This document shows, in pieces, positions 62,161 to 64,000 of a stretch of DNA of 64,000 bases; positions within the stretch are counted from its first letter, which is position 1, and each line of letters begins with the position of its first letter. This DNA is from Utricularia gibba (Eukaryota > Plantae > Magnoliophyta). Below the pieces are notes generated by a model. It was not told where the DNA came from. It searched no databases and saw nothing but the letters and a program-made list of their open reading frames with translations. Where the stretch lies: positions 2,666,001 to 2,730,000 of the forward strand of contig NEEC01000002.1 of assembly GCA_002189035.1 (NCBI GenBank), read 5' to 3'. The position numbers and the translations under genes were made by a program.

Positions 62161-62574
62161 TTATTCTTTACTTGTAGAGGTTTTTTCATTAAATTTCCTT
62201 TTAATTTCTAGAGACCAATTTGATAATTCCAAGTTAAGAAATCCTTTAAAATAATTTTCCTTTATATGAACTTTCTTCTTGCATTTGATACAATATCTCA
62301 TCTTCTTATCAATAGCATTTTTAATGTTGTTTTCATGAACCATGATAGTATTTTCTGGAAAACTTCTACTCATTAATGTAGAATATTCACATTAGCATTC
62401 AAATTTGCGTATTAGGCCTCATATTAAAATGATGTTGAATGCTAATTCTAGAGATGTTGGAAGTTGTGTTGCTAGTATTAGATTTCTAGCAATATCATAA
62501 CTTTTATGCGGTTCTAACAAGAATTGAGTTAATCTTGCAATTGCTAAATCTCCGTCTGTATCTTGTTTTTCCAT
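62161..62574 (-). mobile_element. Ty1/copia gag remnant
   Basis: ARLTQFLLEPHKSYDIARNLILATQLPTSLELAFNII (cf. RLMQFLMGLNxSYxxVRxQILxMxPLPS), then a decayed zinc knuckle YCIKCKKKVHIKENYFK; in-frame stops in between. Confidence 0.6.
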
Positions 62575-62999
62575 GACAATGTTTGTACTTGAAAACTAAT
62601 ATCAATGATGCAATTTCATTCCATAAACTCCTCACCTTTAGATAATAATATATAATATTTATAGTTTTCTAGTTCGAGATATACAATTATGTAAACAAAT
62701 AAAAAAAAGAGCAAAAATGCTTCTTTTCCTAAAATACAATTATGGAAGAACACAAGGTTATTATTCCTCCTCAAATATCATTATGTCATGTTTCATCATA
62801 TTAGATTTAATTATTTAAACTTATTTAAAATCTTATATACAATTTAAATCAAGTTCTGTTTAGAATAAAACCTTTAACAAGCAACTACCTGAAATAAACC
62901 ATATTCCAAATCCACATCTAAGAAATAAATATTCGCATCAAAATCAATAGTCACAATTGAAAGTTGATATTGGAAAGTTCCTTCTCGAGAAGACCCCAA

Positions 63000-64000
63000 A
63001 ACAATCTGCAGAAGAGAACAAAGAGAAGAGGTTAGTGTAGAGGTCTCAAAACATCATCCTATAAACAAAAAGGTGATTGGTATAGCAGCCAGCTTCTTTG
63101 TAGGATTCAATCGGATCCCTTGTCAAAACATTGGGAATTTTTATGAACTCCCAAGCAGAAAGGGAATTAACCAAATCCAGAAGGATGGATTGAAACCCTC
63201 ATGTGTTTTCATGCGGAGCACTTACAGCATTAAGAGAACGAGGAACTGCACGATACCAAGCATCTAACTACAGTAGTATCCGCAGAAGGAAGCGCTGGCC
63301 AACACAATGGCATACTTTTTGAGTTTTAGAGACCTACCCAGGAGTGAGCAAACACTTGAAAAGTCAACTTTCTGCCACGATTAGGTAAATTGTGAACATA
63401 AACAAGGTGAGCAAGTAGGGAGTTACCTACAAACCATAACCCATGCAGTAACCCAACGTGCTCCAGTTTCAGCCACTGGAGAATACCAAGGGCATTTTGA
63501 AGAACATCCAACACCGGTAGATGAAGAGATGCACAGACCTTGAAGAGATTATTCTGATGCGTCACTTGTCGAATTTCATTTCAGTGTATCTGCAACACGG
63601 TAAATGTATTATAAGTTCCATTAATTCCCAATGTTTACGCTGTGATGCAAGCACCACTTACCTACGAGGATTCTTTTGCCTTGGTACAAGCTCTTCAGTC
63701 GACAGCTCTACAAAAATAAGCAGTGAGCTCTATAAGGGGAATGAAAACGCAAGGCAATTTGAAGATGCAAAAGACTTCATACATTACCAGCATTTTTTGG
63801 AGGCATCCCTTCATTATTAGCTTTTTCCCCATTGTTTTCTTTGCTGCAACCGCATGAGTACAACATCAATTAAATTATATTTAGTATCAAAGGCTGAAAA
63901 AGGAGGCTGATATTGACCGAGATAAATAATGCATACAAATGAAGTAAGCATCACGTACTTCAGAGAATGAGACGATGTTGAACGAGAAACATTGGAATTG
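63000..64000 (-). other. Probable 3' exons of an unidentified gene or pseudogene entering from the right edge
   Basis: A chain of good acceptor/donor pairs on the minus strand gives QRKQWGKANNEGMPPKNA / ELSTEELVPRQKNPRR / YTEMKFDK*, with more exon-like blocks downstream. No family recognised. Confidence 0.3.

Noticed and set aside
1-64000. CRISPR arrays, rRNA/tRNA genes, organellar or bacterial insertions, and a species identification
   Set aside because: None recognised; the tandem repeats have no unique spacers. Compact introns and a sesame-like 11S sequence hint at an asterid, but this cannot be established without a search.

Overview
Eukaryotic (flowering plant, eudicot-like) nuclear DNA with short GT-AG introns and tight gene packing. 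No prokaryotic features, CRISPR arrays, rRNA or tRNA were recognised. Genes in order: HD-ZIP IV (HDG11-like, runs off the left edge), TIM14/PAM18 J-protein, BTB/TAZ protein (BT1/BT2-like), succinyl-CoA ligase beta, CRIB-domain RIC protein, STK19 homologue, ALOG/LSH factor, 11S globulin, PHT1 phosphate transporter, PARP1, deoxyhypusine hydroxylase, two small secreted CTNIP/SCREW-like peptide precursors, histone H1, and possibly exons of an unidentified gene at the right edge. Mobile DNA: two decayed Mutator transposases (one bounded by about 100-bp inverted repeats and carrying nested LTR-retrotransposon pieces), a copia gag remnant, probable MITEs and several tandem duplications. Highlights: (1) an unannotated-looking pair of phytocytokine-like precursors, one with the two cysteines and one with none; (2) single-base lesions in four unrelated genes (TIM14, SCS-beta, 11S globulin, PARP1), which are either regional gene decay or assembly error; (3) an 11S globulin whose entire upstream region is the 284 bp behind the PHT1 stop codon. 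All calls were made by eye from remembered family consensus sequences; no searches were run.
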